Shown in pieces: positions 48,503-59,085 of a DNA stretch of 64,000 nt. Under the pieces are notes generated by a model that saw only the letters and a list, made by a program, of their open reading frames with translations, had not been told where the DNA came from and did no database searches. Positions within the stretch are counted from its first letter, which is position 1. Each line of letters starts with the position of its first letter. Origin of the DNA: Alistipes sp. (GTDB lineage: Bacteria > Bacteroidota > Bacteroidia > Bacteroidales > Rikenellaceae); assembly GCA_017546975.1 (NCBI GenBank), contig JAFYRL010000009.1:5384-69383 (forward strand). Reading direction: 5' to 3'. A program made the position numbers and the translations under genes.

Positions 48503-51360
48503 CGTCTGCATATCTTTTTATAGTCACAATACTTACACGCCTCTACATCTTCGGCCTGAGTAAATGGTTTTTCAGGGTCAAATAGATTTTCTAAAGCAAT
48601 ATTCAACTGCGCCTCAAACTCTTCAGCAACATCACTATAGTGCTCTATCGCCTTGTTCGTGGATTTGTCTACAATAAGTGGAGAGTACTCCCCGGAGAGC
48701 ATCTTAGAGGCATAGTATAGCGATGGACATGATTCTGTGCCATGTTGCCTATGGAGCATCATAGAGTAGAGTAGTGTCTGGAAGATGTTCGATATACGCT
48801 CAGCAGGCTCTCCGGTAAAGAGCGACTCAATGCTGCTACACTCTAAGTGAGGGCGGTTACCACTCTTATAGTCAATAATCTGCATCGTGTCATTACTTAA
48901 CTTATCTATACGGTCAGCGCGACCCAGAAGATTGACAAATCTATTGCCTGAGATAGGGTATCTATAATCTACATCCTTCTCCAATCCTACAATCTTGAAA
49001 TCCTTTTTAGAGCTATCATATTCAAGAATACCCTCAGATATATACTTGATGATAATATCTCGCACAAGGAGTGTATCTCCCGTGAAGTCCTCTTCCTTGA
49101 CAGACTCCTTATTGAGCAAAAGTTTACCTATAATATGGTCTACGCTCTTTTTTACCAATTCCTTATTCTTTAGATTGGCGATATACTTGTGCATCTCATC
49201 CTCATCCTCGTACTTATTATTATTGATAAGAGGCGTATAGAGCAACTGCATGGTCTCATGGAGGATATTTCCAAAGGTCAAAGCATCAATCTTATCACTT
49301 ATCTCATCCAAAGTCTTGATGTGTGCAATGGTCGCAAAATAGAACTTTAGGGGACATTCGATATATCTAAAGAGTGCGGTGGGGGATAAGTTATATCCGC
49401 TTTTCTCTGTTAGATAACGCTCAAGAAGTTCATTATCTGCCTTCTGTTTAGGAATTGATATCGGCGCAACCTCCTCCAACTTTAAGTCTACACCAACGGA
49501 GCGTTTATCAATTTTGAATGGTGACTCATACTCCAACTGATAGATATAACGGCTGCGCTCACCTGTACTCTTATCATCAGCACGCGAGCAATAGAGCATA
49601 TCCACACGCTCGGCACGCTGTATCAGGCGATAGAAGTAGTAGGCATACATTGCCTCATGCTCCTCTGGAGTCGGCATATTATAAGCGAAACGCAATGCAT
49701 AAGGGATGAACGATGGTTGCTCGGTACGGTTACCAGGAAAGTTTGCATCTGTCATGGATAGGATTATGACATTCTTAAACTCAATATTTCGAGTCTCAAG
49801 AATACCCATAATCTGCACACCCTCAATAGGCTCTCCCTCAAAAGGTATCGTTACACCCTGTAGGTGACGGCGCAACAATGAAGTGTATACATCCAACGGT
49901 AGCTCAATATCGCAATTATGTAGCGAATTGGCCGTCTTATAAAGCTCGTCAAGAGTAATACGGAGGTACTCAATATGCTCAATATCTACACTGTCATGAG
50001 AGTCAATAAGCGTTGAAACTACATCAATGATATATCGAGATAAATCCTCCCATTTATCATATTTACAGCGGAATATAGTATTCAATATCGCATCATTCGC
50101 AAATCTTGCTGCATCTACTGAGGTTATGCGATTAGCATTTATATCGTGTATGTGTTGTGCACTCTGCTCCTTACATGTATCCACAATATATGGATGTGAC
50201 AGCAGACCGATAACATCTACATGATAGAACTTTGTAGTGCCATCTTCATTGTTGCGACCATGTGCCTGGAGAGCGATAAGTCGCTCGATAAGTGTATATG
50301 CAAGGGTAGTCTTAAGAGGATAACCCATAGTTACATTTACACTCTTAACCTCCTCTGGCAGAGCATGAAGTAGTGGAATGAGAAGGTTCTCATCCGTAAG
50401 GACTATAGCGGTGCGCCTATCCAGCTCCTCCTTAGGTAAAGATTTAAGTATCTCGGCTACATGCTTAATTTGTACGATGTTAGATGTGCATGCTGCAACA
50501 TTAAACTTTTTATCTTGTGTTGTAAAGTAGTCGTGGCCAATATGTTCGGTCGCAGGGAACAACGAGAGGTTGCCCCTTAAGAATTTACCCGCCTCATTAT
50601 CTCGATTTGCAACATAGTAGTCATCATAATCCCAATAGAACTCCGCGCCATACTCGCTATGTGCAAGGTACTGAAATAAAATCTCCTCACTCTTAGATAG
50701 CGCATTAAAACCAGCGAGGATATAGCGTTTCTTAGGTAATGTAATCTCCTCACCTCTTTTGATACGCTCAGCAGTAGCACGATATATCATACCTGGATAG
50801 CCGATGCCCAACTTAAACAATACCTCGCGGTACTCCTTATAAATAGCTGGCAATGACTTCCATACATCAAGAAATTTACGCTTATGCTCCGTAAGAGAGG
50901 CTTCGGGACCAATACTATTCCAAAAGCTCATAAGTATACGCTCTTGCTCTGGAGTTAGGTAGGATACATCCGACTCAATCTCTTTGATGTCCGTAATATT
51001 GCGCAGAAGCATATCGGCATCAACCATATACTTATCAATCATATCAAAGTCGGAGATAAGCATATCCCCCCAGAAGTAGAACTTATCAAGCTTCTCTGTA
51101 GGGTGATGCTTAACATAGACCTTGTACAACTCTGTGATAAGACGAATACGCTCTCCACGCACTAAGCCAGAACCTCGCGCCATAAGCTCATCTATGGTCG
51201 ACCATGATGGTTGCCATAGAGGTCTATTTACAAGCGAGGCAAGTGCATCATTGAAGAATGTTCGAGCACGCAACGACGGAAAAAGCACAACGAGCTTTGA
51301 TAGGTCGCCAGAGTGACGGCGCAAAAGCGTCGCTGCAAGTTCTGCTTGAAAACTTATCAT
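48499..51360 (-). CDS. addB: AddB-like PD-(D/E)XK nuclease subunit
   Basis: LSPTAL..Y.ECPLKFY, GRADRID, IIDYKSG, CKYCDY...C Fe-S motif; coupled to addA. Confidence 0.8.
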   Translation of the reverse strand: MISFQAELAATLLRRHSGDLSKLVVLFPSLRARTFFNDALASLVNRPLWQPSWSTIDELMARGSGLVRGERIRLITELYKVYVKHHPTEKLDKFYFWGDMLISDFDMIDKYMVDADMLLRNITDIKEIESDVSYLTPEQERILMSFWNSIGPEASLTEHKRKFLDVWKSLPAIYKEYREVLFKLGIGYPGMIYRATAERIKRGEEITLPKKRYILAGFNALSKSEEILFQYLAHSEYGAEFYWDYDDYYVANRDNEAGKFLRGNLSLFPATEHIGHDYFTTQDKKFNVAACTSNIVQIKHVAEILKSLPKEELDRRTAIVLTDENLLIPLLHALPEEVKSVNVTMGYPLKTTLAYTLIERLIALQAHGRNNEDGTTKFYHVDVIGLLSHPYIVDTCKEQSAQHIHDINANRITSVDAARFANDAILNTIFRCKYDKWEDLSRYIIDVVSTLIDSHDSVDIEHIEYLRITLDELYKTANSLHNCDIELPLDVYTSLLRRHLQGVTIPFEGEPIEGVQIMGILETRNIEFKNVIILSMTDANFPGNRTEQPSFIPYALRFAYNMPTPEEHEAMYAYYFYRLIQRAERVDMLYCSRADDKSTGERSRYIYQLEYESPFKIDKRSVGVDLKLEEVAPISIPKQKADNELLERYLTEKSGYNLSPTALFRYIECPLKFYFATIAHIKTLDEISDKIDALTFGNILHETMQLLYTPLINNNKYEDEDEMHKYIANLKNKELVKKSVDHIIGKLLLNKESVKEEDFTGDTLLVRDIIIKYISEGILEYDSSKKDFKIVGLEKDVDYRYPISGNRFVNLLGRADRIDKLSNDTMQIIDYKSGNRPHLECSSIESLFTGEPAERISNIFQTLLYSMMLHRQHGTESCPSLYYASKMLSGEYSPLIVDKSTNKAIEHYSDVAEEFEAQLNIALENLFDPEKPFTQAEDVEACKYCDYKKICRR

Positions 51361-51372
51361 AGCTATTGTCAA

Positions 51373-52071
51373 CTATTTAGATACAGTAATCTCACCTCCA
51401 AATGTAGTTATTCTACTACGAAGAATTACCGGCTGCGAACGATAGTATATCTTGCCACCTGTAGAGGTGGTCATCTGTAGGCGCTCCTCAGCATCAACTC
51501 TTGCAACGGCATTATGCGATGACTCTACGATAGTAGATACAGCATACAGCTCATCGGCATCATATAGCGCTGTAGATACATCAGCTGTGTGGTAGTGCGT
51601 CTGTCCTTTAAGTTCAACACGGCTCTTACCAGAGGCATAGACCATAACATCGAGAACATCAATCTCGGCAGTAAGTTGAGCACCGCGTGATACATAGATA
51701 TCCAACAACTGAGACTTAAGCGTACCCTCAATTGTCGTGTCTGCTCTGGCAATAGATATATCTGTTATGGTATTAAAGTAAACCTCCACCTCAGTCGTTG
51801 TTTTACGCTGAGGGTCATGGCGTTCACTAATCTTTAGTACTCGCGTTTTATTGTTAACCTCAAAGCTAAATCGAGAGAGAGTTGCGCCCTTTGTATCGTA
51901 GAGTATATAGGGAATTTCGTTCTCTGCAATTTTGATGAGTTTAAGTCGTATAGGAGCATCAATCTCCACTGTTGTAAATGGTGCTAATAGCTCCTTTTTC
52001 ATTTCACTCTCCTGAGCAAAAACACTAAAGGTGAGAAAGATAGATAAAATTGTGACTATAACGCTCTTCAT
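51373..52071 (-). CDS. GIN domain (DUF2807-like) exported protein
   Basis: Signal peptide, L.PFT.VEI, beta-helix repeats, GGKIYYR..P. Confidence 0.7.
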   Translation of the reverse strand: MKSVIVTILSIFLTFSVFAQESEMKKELLAPFTTVEIDAPIRLKLIKIAENEIPYILYDTKGATLSRFSFEVNNKTRVLKISERHDPQRKTTTEVEVYFNTITDISIARADTTIEGTLKSQLLDIYVSRGAQLTAEIDVLDVMVYASGKSRVELKGQTHYHTADVSTALYDADELYAVSTIVESSHNAVARVDAEERLQMTTSTGGKIYYRSQPVILRSRITTFGGEITVSK

Positions 52072-52138
52072 ATTTTTATACTTTATTAGGTTCAAAGCAT
52101 AAAAATACAAAGAAAGCACGAAATATCCAAATTATACC

Positions 52139-52699
52139 CTACATTTTTATCTGTACATATGTTGCGCCACTATCCTTAGCGCTTTGAAGTCCATAAACCG
52201 AGTCTTCGAAGATAATACTCTCCGAGGGCGTTACACCGACAATATCCATTGCCTTAAGAAAGCAATCAGGATAGGGCTTAGGGCGCTCTACATCATCACC
52301 TGAAATGATGCCGTCTACACCATCATCAATATTCAAGTATCGCATTACATTAGTAATGTTATTTATGTGACCTGTAGATACTATCCATACTTTAGCTCCT
52401 AAGCTACGCATCATCTGACACCACTCCCATAGTGGGATATTTAAGCGCACAGTATGGAAGTAGTTAGGGTATAGCTCAATCTTACGGCGGCGCACAGCTC
52501 TTATCTCATCATCACTCTGTAGTCCTACACAACGCATAAACTCTATGCAGCGCATACCAAAGTATTTATCCAGATACTCCTCTTTATTCACAGTGATACC
52601 TACCTCTGCAAGTGCCTCGATATAGGCACCAGCATTCGCATCTTTAGTATCCACTAAAGTGCCGTCAAAGTCAAGTAGAATTAGCTTTAGTTGTGCCAT
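52139..52699 (-). CDS. HAD-family phosphatase (beta-PGM-like)
   Basis: DFDGTLVDT, KPYPD, IFEDS..G. Confidence 0.9.
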   Translation of the reverse strand: MAQLKLILLDFDGTLVDTKDANAGAYIEALAEVGITVNKEEYLDKYFGMRCIEFMRCVGLQSDDEIRAVRRRKIELYPNYFHTVRLNIPLWEWCQMMRSLGAKVWIVSTGHINNITNVMRYLNIDDGVDGIISGDDVERPKPYPDCFLKAMDIVGVTPSESIIFEDSVYGLQSAKDSGATYVQIKM

Positions 52700-52700
52700 G

Positions 52701-53642
52701 TTAATCAAATGATTGCATGCTTGATAGTGCTATACGAATTATACGCTGATACTCCTCAGGACTAAGTTCAAGAAAGAAGTAGTGAACAGGATCTACACGG
52801 GTATCTCTAAAGCGCACCTCATAGTGTAGATGTGGAGCAAACGACAGACCGCTATTACCAGAGAGGGCAATGATATCGCCACGCTTAACCTTTTGTCCCT
52901 TGCGGACACGCACATCCAATAGGTGACTATATGAGGTTTCATAGCCATTTCCATGGTCGACAGTGATAGCTTTACCGTGTGTAGTGTTCTTCTCGGACAG
53001 AGTCTTAACCACACCGTCAGCAGTGGCAAAAACTGCTGTTCCTTCGGGTATGAGGTAATCAACGCCATGATGCTCACGCATAGCACGATGAAATGGGTTG
53101 ATTAAAGGTTTTTTACCCGCCGCAAGAAGGGTTAACTGCTTATTGTTGACAGGTTGAATTGCAGGCACACAATCTATTGATAAAGCGCCAGTTGAAATAT
53201 TATACTTCATGTCATCACTCGACTTAAGCACCATATCCTCCTTTTTATAAGCTCTTTGCATGCGATTACCTAACATGTCAACAAGCTCATCATTATCCAA
53301 CTCCATAAGTTGCTCATGGAGAGAGATGCGCTCATTTTCAAGGTCTGCACTAAGGTCATAAGGGTTAGACTCAAAGAGCTTACGGAAGACATTTTCGTCG
53401 CGCCTAACAACGTTATCTATGATTGAGGTAAGCGAGTCATAACGCTCAGATATAGCAACATACTCTCTACGCAAATCATCTGTTGAGTGGCGCAACCTAT
53501 ACTCTCGTGGAGCATCTATACATACTGATAGAATAACCCACCAGAAGAGTATCATACCCATCCATACAGAGAATCTGATGAGTAGCGGAAAGAAACGCCA
53601 ATTAGAGAAATTTTGGTATAACTTATTTAGCTTATTTATCAT
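52701..53642 (-). CDS. M23 family metallopeptidase
   Basis: HHGVD, ATADG, DHGNGYETSYSHL, PHLHYEV. Confidence 0.92.
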   Translation of the reverse strand: MINKLNKLYQNFSNWRFFPLLIRFSVWMGMILFWWVILSVCIDAPREYRLRHSTDDLRREYVAISERYDSLTSIIDNVVRRDENVFRKLFESNPYDLSADLENERISLHEQLMELDNDELVDMLGNRMQRAYKKEDMVLKSSDDMKYNISTGALSIDCVPAIQPVNNKQLTLLAAGKKPLINPFHRAMREHHGVDYLIPEGTAVFATADGVVKTLSEKNTTHGKAITVDHGNGYETSYSHLLDVRVRKGQKVKRGDIIALSGNSGLSFAPHLHYEVRFRDTRVDPVHYFFLELSPEEYQRIIRIALSSMQSFD

Positions 53643-53650
53643 AGTATCAA

Positions 53651-54589
53651 TTATTTTTCACCAGACACTTCAAGTTGTTGCATTAGGTCAATATAGGTCT
53701 CTGGAGACATATCTTTATTAAAGTAGTGGATAGGGTTAACGGTATGGTCTCTAAAGCGCACCTCATAGTGTAGATGAGCACCAGAAGATACTCCTGTATT
53801 ACCTACATCTGCTATAACTTGACCACGCGTAACACTATCACCTGCACCAACATACATCTTTGAGAGGTGACCATATCGCGTCTTATAACCAAAGCCATGA
53901 TTTAGCTCAATCATATAACCATAACCTCGTCTCCAGCCAGCACGCACAACAACAGCATTGCCCGTAGCATAAACGGGTGTTCCCTTAGGCGCTGAGAGGT
54001 CAACGCCCTCATGCATACGCCATGATCCATATCTAGGATGCATACGCATACCATAAAGACTGCTTACATATTTTAGCTTCGTACGATCAATAGGCCATAT
54101 AGCAGGAATGACCGTAGAGAACTCCTCCTTATTCTCAGCCAAATCCTGCGTATCGTCTAATGATAGCGAGGCGTAGTATAACTTACGCGTTAGTCGGTCT
54201 ATGCTTTGCCAACCCTCGATAATTCTATCTCCATACTCCATGCTATTGAATGCATCATACTTCGAGTCGTTATAGTCAGAGTAGACACGCGGAATATCAA
54301 GTGTGTCTATACCAAGCAGAGGACGATAGACAAAATGGTCACGATGTTTGATATCCGAGAGAGTGATCTCTTCGGAGTGTATCTTGTCGAGAAGGATATC
54401 ATACTCTCGCTCCAGACGATTATTATCGCGGCGTATATTGTTAATCTTTGGTGTGTCAAACCAATTGGACACAAGCACATTACCTACTGCTGCTATAACT
54501 AATGCAATAAAGAGCCTAAGCAGTAGTTTATAGCCTCTGGGCCAGCTTCTGAGATATATTATTTTACGCTTGGTAGTAGTGTCGCTCAT
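53651..54589 (-). CDS. M23 family metallopeptidase
   Basis: PAIWP, HEGVD, NHGFGYKTRYGHL, AHLHYEV. Confidence 0.93.
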   Translation of the reverse strand: MSDTTTKRKIIYLRSWPRGYKLLLRLFIALVIAAVGNVLVSNWFDTPKINNIRRDNNRLEREYDILLDKIHSEEITLSDIKHRDHFVYRPLLGIDTLDIPRVYSDYNDSKYDAFNSMEYGDRIIEGWQSIDRLTRKLYYASLSLDDTQDLAENKEEFSTVIPAIWPIDRTKLKYVSSLYGMRMHPRYGSWRMHEGVDLSAPKGTPVYATGNAVVVRAGWRRGYGYMIELNHGFGYKTRYGHLSKMYVGAGDSVTRGQVIADVGNTGVSSGAHLHYEVRFRDHTVNPIHYFNKDMSPETYIDLMQQLEVSGEK

Positions 54590-54631
54590 CGTAAAAAATA
54601 AAAAATATTAAAAATATCACATTTAACGATG

Positions 54632-54659
54632 CAAAATTAAAGTAAATTGTGTAATTTTG
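54632..54659. promoter_or_regulatory. divergent sigma-A -7 elements (M23 gene run / alaS)
   Basis: TAATTTTG on minus (54632-54639) and on plus (54652-54659). Confidence 0.6.
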
Positions 54660-54701
54660 CAACCGCTATAAAATATAGGTATAAAATAAAACTTAATATA
54701 T

Positions 54702-57317
54702 ATGGAATCAAACAAAGTTAGACAAGCCTTTTTGGACTTCTTCAAGAGCAAGGAGCATGAGATTGTTGCTTCAGCTCCGATGGTTGTAAAGAACGACCCA
54801 ACCCTTATGTTTACCAATGCAGGTATGAACCAGTTCAAGGATATCTTCCTTGGCAACGCACCTCGCAAGTGGCCCCGCGTAGCAGATACTCAGAAGTGTT
54901 TGCGTGTATCTGGTAAGCACAACGACTTGGAGGAGGTAGGTCACGACACCTACCACCACACAATGTTCGAGATGCTCGGTAACTGGTCGTATGGCGACTA
55001 CTTCAAGAAGGAGGCTATCGACTGGGCATGGGAGTTGCTCACTGAGGTGTATAAGCTCGATAAGAGCCGTATGTATGCTACTGTATTTGAGGGTAGCGAG
55101 GAGGATGGCGTAGCCTTTGATCAGGAGGCATACGACTACTGGAAGCAGTACCTTCCTGAGGATCACATCATCCGCGGTAACAAGAAGGATAACTTCTGGG
55201 AGATGGGCGAGACAGGTCCTTGCGGTCCATGTAGCGAGATTCACTTCGACCTTCGTGACGAGGAGGAGGTAGCTAAGATTCCTGGCCGTGAGATGGTAAA
55301 CATGAGCCATCCTCAGGTTATCGAGATCTGGAACCTTGTATTTATGCAGTTCAACCGCAAGGCTAACGGCTCATTGGAGGCTTTGCCAGCCAAGAATGTA
55401 GATACAGGTATGGGCTTCGAGCGCCTCTGTATGATTCTTCAGGGCAAGAAGTCAAACTACGATACCGATGTATTCCAGCCAACTATCGCTCGTATCGCTG
55501 CGCTTTCAGGCAAGGAGTATGGCAAGGATGAGAAGTGCGATGTGGCTATGCGTGTTATTGCGGACCACCTCCGTGCAATCTCATTCTCTATCGCTGATGG
55601 TCAGCTTCCAGCAAATGCTAAGGCTGGTTATGTTATCCGTCGTATCTTGCGTCGTGCAGTGCGTTACGGCTATACATACCTTGGTTTCACTGAGCCATTT
55701 ATCTGCAAGCTCGTTGACGGTCTTGCAAAGCAGATGGGTCACCAGTTCCCTGAGCTCGTAGCTCAGCAGACACTCATCGAGCGCGTTATCGAGGAGGAGG
55801 AGGCATCATTCCTTCGCACTCTTGCTACAGGTATCAACCTCTTGGATGGCGTGATTAAGAAGTCTACTAACGGCAAGATCTCTGGTAAGGATGCCTTTGT
55901 TTTGTATGACACATACGGTTTCCCTATTGACCTTACTGAGCTTATCGCTAAGGAGCAGGGCGTAGAGGTAGATATCGAGGAGTTCGAGAAGGAACTTCAA
56001 ATTCAGAAGGAGCGTTCACGCAATGCTGCATCACAGGATATCGATGACTGGCAGGAGGTTATGGCTATCTCGGAGAGCGAGTTTATCGGCTATGACAACC
56101 TTGAGGCAAACATCCACATTGCTCGCTACCGCCGTGTAAAGACAAAGAACAGTGTTACATATCAGCTAGTCTTCGACCAGACTCCATTCTATGGTAACTC
56201 TGGTGGTCAGATTGGTGATATCGGTTATATCGAGAGCGCAAACGAGAAGATTGAGATTGTAGCCACCGAGAAGGAGAACGGTCTTATCATCCATATCGCT
56301 AAGCAGCTTCCTGAGAACCCTGCAGCAGAGTTCCGCGCTGTGGTTAATGCTGAGGCTCGTCAGCAGGCTGCTAACAACCATACCGCAACCCACCTTGTAG
56401 ACTATGCACTTCGCACAGTGCTTGGCACACATGTTGAGCAGAAGGGTTCTATGGTTACTCCTGAGGGCTTGCGCTTTGACTTCTCTCACTTCCAGAAGGT
56501 TACAGCAGAGGAGATTCGTGAGGTTGAGCGTCTTGTAAATAAGCTCGTACGAGCTAACTATCCTCTTATCGAGAACCGTGAGGCTACAATGGCTGAGGCA
56601 GAGGCTGCGGGCGCTATTATGCTCTTCGGTGAGAAGTATGGTGATAAGGTACGCATCGTAAACTTCGGTCCTTCAACTGAGCTTTGTGGTGGTACACATA
56701 CATCAGCAACAGGTACTATCGGCATCTTCAAGATTGTATCTGAGAGCGCTATCTCTGCAGGTGTACGCCGTATCGAGGCTGTAACAGGCGATGCTGCTGA
56801 GGCATTGGTATATGAGGCTCAGGACACTATCTCGGCTATCGAGCAGATTGTGCGTAGCCCTAAGCTTGTTCAGGCTGTTGAGAAGATGGTTGAGAACAAT
56901 GCACAGCTTGGCCGTGAGATTGAGGAGATGCGTAAGGAGAAGGTAGCTCAGGTTGCTGCATCTATCGCTGCTGAGACAGAGGCCGTTAATGGTGTTAAGC
57001 TCATCAAGCGCACAACAAGCTATAGCTCAGAGGTAATGAAGGACTTGGCATTTGCGCTTCGTCAGCGTGTGGCTGAGGGTCTTGTAATGGTTATCGGCAA
57101 CCTTAACGATGGCAAGCCAACAATCAATGTTATGCTCTCTGATGATATCGTAGCTAAGGGTGTTGACGCTGGTGCTACAGTGCGTGAGGCAGCTAAGCTT
57201 ATCAATGGTGGTGGTGGTGGCCAGAAGCACTACGCTACAGCTGGTGGTAAGAACCCTGAGGCTCTTGATAGCGCAGTTGAGAAGGCAGTTGAGTTGATTA
57301 TGTCAAAGTTGAACTAA
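54702..57317 (+). CDS. alaS: alanine--tRNA ligase
   Basis: [54 protein letters not shown]. Confidence 0.99.
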   Translation: MESNKVRQAFLDFFKSKEHEIVASAPMVVKNDPTLMFTNAGMNQFKDIFLGNAPRKWPRVADTQKCLRVSGKHNDLEEVGHDTYHHTMFEMLGNWSYGDYFKKEAIDWAWELLTEVYKLDKSRMYATVFEGSEEDGVAFDQEAYDYWKQYLPEDHIIRGNKKDNFWEMGETGPCGPCSEIHFDLRDEEEVAKIPGREMVNMSHPQVIEIWNLVFMQFNRKANGSLEALPAKNVDTGMGFERLCMILQGKKSNYDTDVFQPTIARIAALSGKEYGKDEKCDVAMRVIADHLRAISFSIADGQLPANAKAGYVIRRILRRAVRYGYTYLGFTEPFICKLVDGLAKQMGHQFPELVAQQTLIERVIEEEEASFLRTLATGINLLDGVIKKSTNGKISGKDAFVLYDTYGFPIDLTELIAKEQGVEVDIEEFEKELQIQKERSRNAASQDIDDWQEVMAISESEFIGYDNLEANIHIARYRRVKTKNSVTYQLVFDQTPFYGNSGGQIGDIGYIESANEKIEIVATEKENGLIIHIAKQLPENPAAEFRAVVNAEARQQAANNHTATHLVDYALRTVLGTHVEQKGSMVTPEGLRFDFSHFQKVTAEEIREVERLVNKLVRANYPLIENREATMAEAEAAGAIMLFGEKYGDKVRIVNFGPSTELCGGTHTSATGTIGIFKIVSESAISAGVRRIEAVTGDAAEALVYEAQDTISAIEQIVRSPKLVQAVEKMVENNAQLGREIEEMRKEKVAQVAASIAAETEAVNGVKLIKRTTSYSSEVMKDLAFALRQRVAEGLVMVIGNLNDGKPTINVMLSDDIVAKGVDAGATVREAAKLINGGGGGQKHYATAGGKNPEALDSAVEKAVELIMSKLN

Positions 57318-57342
57318 TTTATTATATAAGAATCGTAAGATA

Positions 57343-58869
57343 ATGAGCAACAAAGTATTATTGATGATATTGGACGGTTGGGGTAACGGTGACAAGAGTA
57401 AGTCGGATGTTATCTACACAACCCGCCCAGAGTATATTAACGCCATGACGGCTCAGTATCCACATGCAGAGCTTAAGACTGATGGTGAGAATGTAGGTTT
57501 GCCTGAGGGTCAGATGGGTAACTCAGAGGTGGGTCACCTTAATATCGGTGCTGGTCGCGTAGTGTATCAGGATTTGGTAAAGATTAACCGTGCTTGCCGT
57601 GATAACTCAATCCTTGAGAATAAGGAGGTTAAGGCGGCTTTTGAGTACGCTAAGGCTAATGGCGTGAATGTGCACTTCATGGGTCTTGTATCTGATGGTG
57701 GTGTACACTCATCTTTGGAGCACCTCTTCAAGCTATGTGACATCGCTAAGCACTACGATATTGAGAATACATTTGTTCACTGTTTTATGGATGGTCGTGA
57801 TACTGACCCACGCAGTGGTAAGGGCTTTATCGCAGCTTTGGAGGAGCATATGTCAAAGTCGACTGGTAAGATTGCATCTATCATCGGTCGTTACTATGCT
57901 ATGGATCGTGACAAGCGTTGGGAGCGCGTAAAGATTGCCTATGACCTTCTTGTAAATGGCGTAGGTGAGAAATCTACAAACATGGTCGCGGCTGTGGAGA
58001 ACTCTTATAATGAGGGCGTTACCGATGAGTTTATCAAGCCTATCGTACATGTAAATGCTGCAGGCGAGGCTGTTGGTACTATTAAGCCAAACGATGTTGT
58101 TATCTTCTTTAACTATCGTAACGACCGCGCTAAGGAGCTTACAATCGTGCTTACACAGGAGAATATGGAGGCTGAGGGTATGCACACTATGCCTTTGTAC
58201 TACTGCTGTATGACTCCATACGACGCTAAGTTCCAGGGCTTGCATATCTTGTTCGATAAGGAGAATGTAGCTAACACAATTGGCGAGTACATCGCATCGC
58301 AGGGTCTAAATCAGTTGCGTATCGCTGAGACTGAGAAGTATGCACATGTTACTTTCTTCCTTAACGGCGGTCGTGAGGCTGAGTTCGAGAACGAGGATCG
58401 TATCTTGGTAGCATCACCTAAGGTTGCTACATACGACCTTCAGCCAGAGATGTCAGCATACGAGGTTAAGGATAAGTTGGTGGAGGCACTTGGAGAGCAG
58501 AAGTACGACTTCATCTGCCTAAACTTCGCTAATGGTGATATGGTTGGTCACACAGGTGTATATGAGGCGATTGAGAAGGCTGTTAAGGCTGTAGATGAGT
58601 GTGTTAAGGATGTTGTGGAGGCAGCTAAGGCTAACGGCTACGAGGTTGTTCAGATTGCTGATCACGGTAATGCAGACAATGCTGTTAACGCTGACGGCAC
58701 ACCAAACACTGCGCACTCACTCAACCCTGTACCTATCGTAGTTGTTTCTGATAGAGTTAAGAGCGTAAAGAGTGGTATTCTTGCCGATGTAGCACCTACC
58801 GTTCTTGATCTTATGGGTCTTGCTAAGCCTGCTGAGATGACTGGTGAGTCATTGGTAGAGTTAAAGTAA
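57343..58869 (+). CDS. gpmI: 2,3-bisphosphoglycerate-independent phosphoglycerate mutase
   Basis: [48 protein letters not shown]. Confidence 0.98.
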   Translation: MSNKVLLMILDGWGNGDKSKSDVIYTTRPEYINAMTAQYPHAELKTDGENVGLPEGQMGNSEVGHLNIGAGRVVYQDLVKINRACRDNSILENKEVKAAFEYAKANGVNVHFMGLVSDGGVHSSLEHLFKLCDIAKHYDIENTFVHCFMDGRDTDPRSGKGFIAALEEHMSKSTGKIASIIGRYYAMDRDKRWERVKIAYDLLVNGVGEKSTNMVAAVENSYNEGVTDEFIKPIVHVNAAGEAVGTIKPNDVVIFFNYRNDRAKELTIVLTQENMEAEGMHTMPLYYCCMTPYDAKFQGLHILFDKENVANTIGEYIASQGLNQLRIAETEKYAHVTFFLNGGREAEFENEDRILVASPKVATYDLQPEMSAYEVKDKLVEALGEQKYDFICLNFANGDMVGHTGVYEAIEKAVKAVDECVKDVVEAAKANGYEVVQIADHGNADNAVNADGTPNTAHSLNPVPIVVVSDRVKSVKSGILADVAPTVLDLMGLAKPAEMTGESLVELK

Positions 58870-58885
58870 TTAGCCAGCAATAGAT

Positions 58886-59054
58886 AAATGTGACTGTCCA
58901 ACAAGTTAATGGACAGTCACATTTTCTTGTGAAGTTGTATAACAAGAGCTAATTTTAGGCGCACGAAGCTCGAAAAAGCGGAGTTTACTAGGCGTAAATG
59001 AACATTTTGAGAGCAAGTGCAACGAAGAAGGAGCCTTGTTAGACAGCCTCATTT
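58886..59054. mobile_element. non-autonomous MITE-like element (~169 bp)
   Basis: 20-bp terminal inverted repeat, 17/20 match (58886-58905 vs 59035-59054); internal hairpins; left part repeated at 39035-39103. Confidence 0.6.
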
Positions 59055-59085
59055 TGTTAGATAGCTTATCAGTAAAGAATAACTA

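Noticed and set aside
45341-51360. Helicase plus Cas4-like nuclease as a defence or CRISPR module
   Set aside because: Size, motifs and coupling fit housekeeping AddAB; no cas genes or array.
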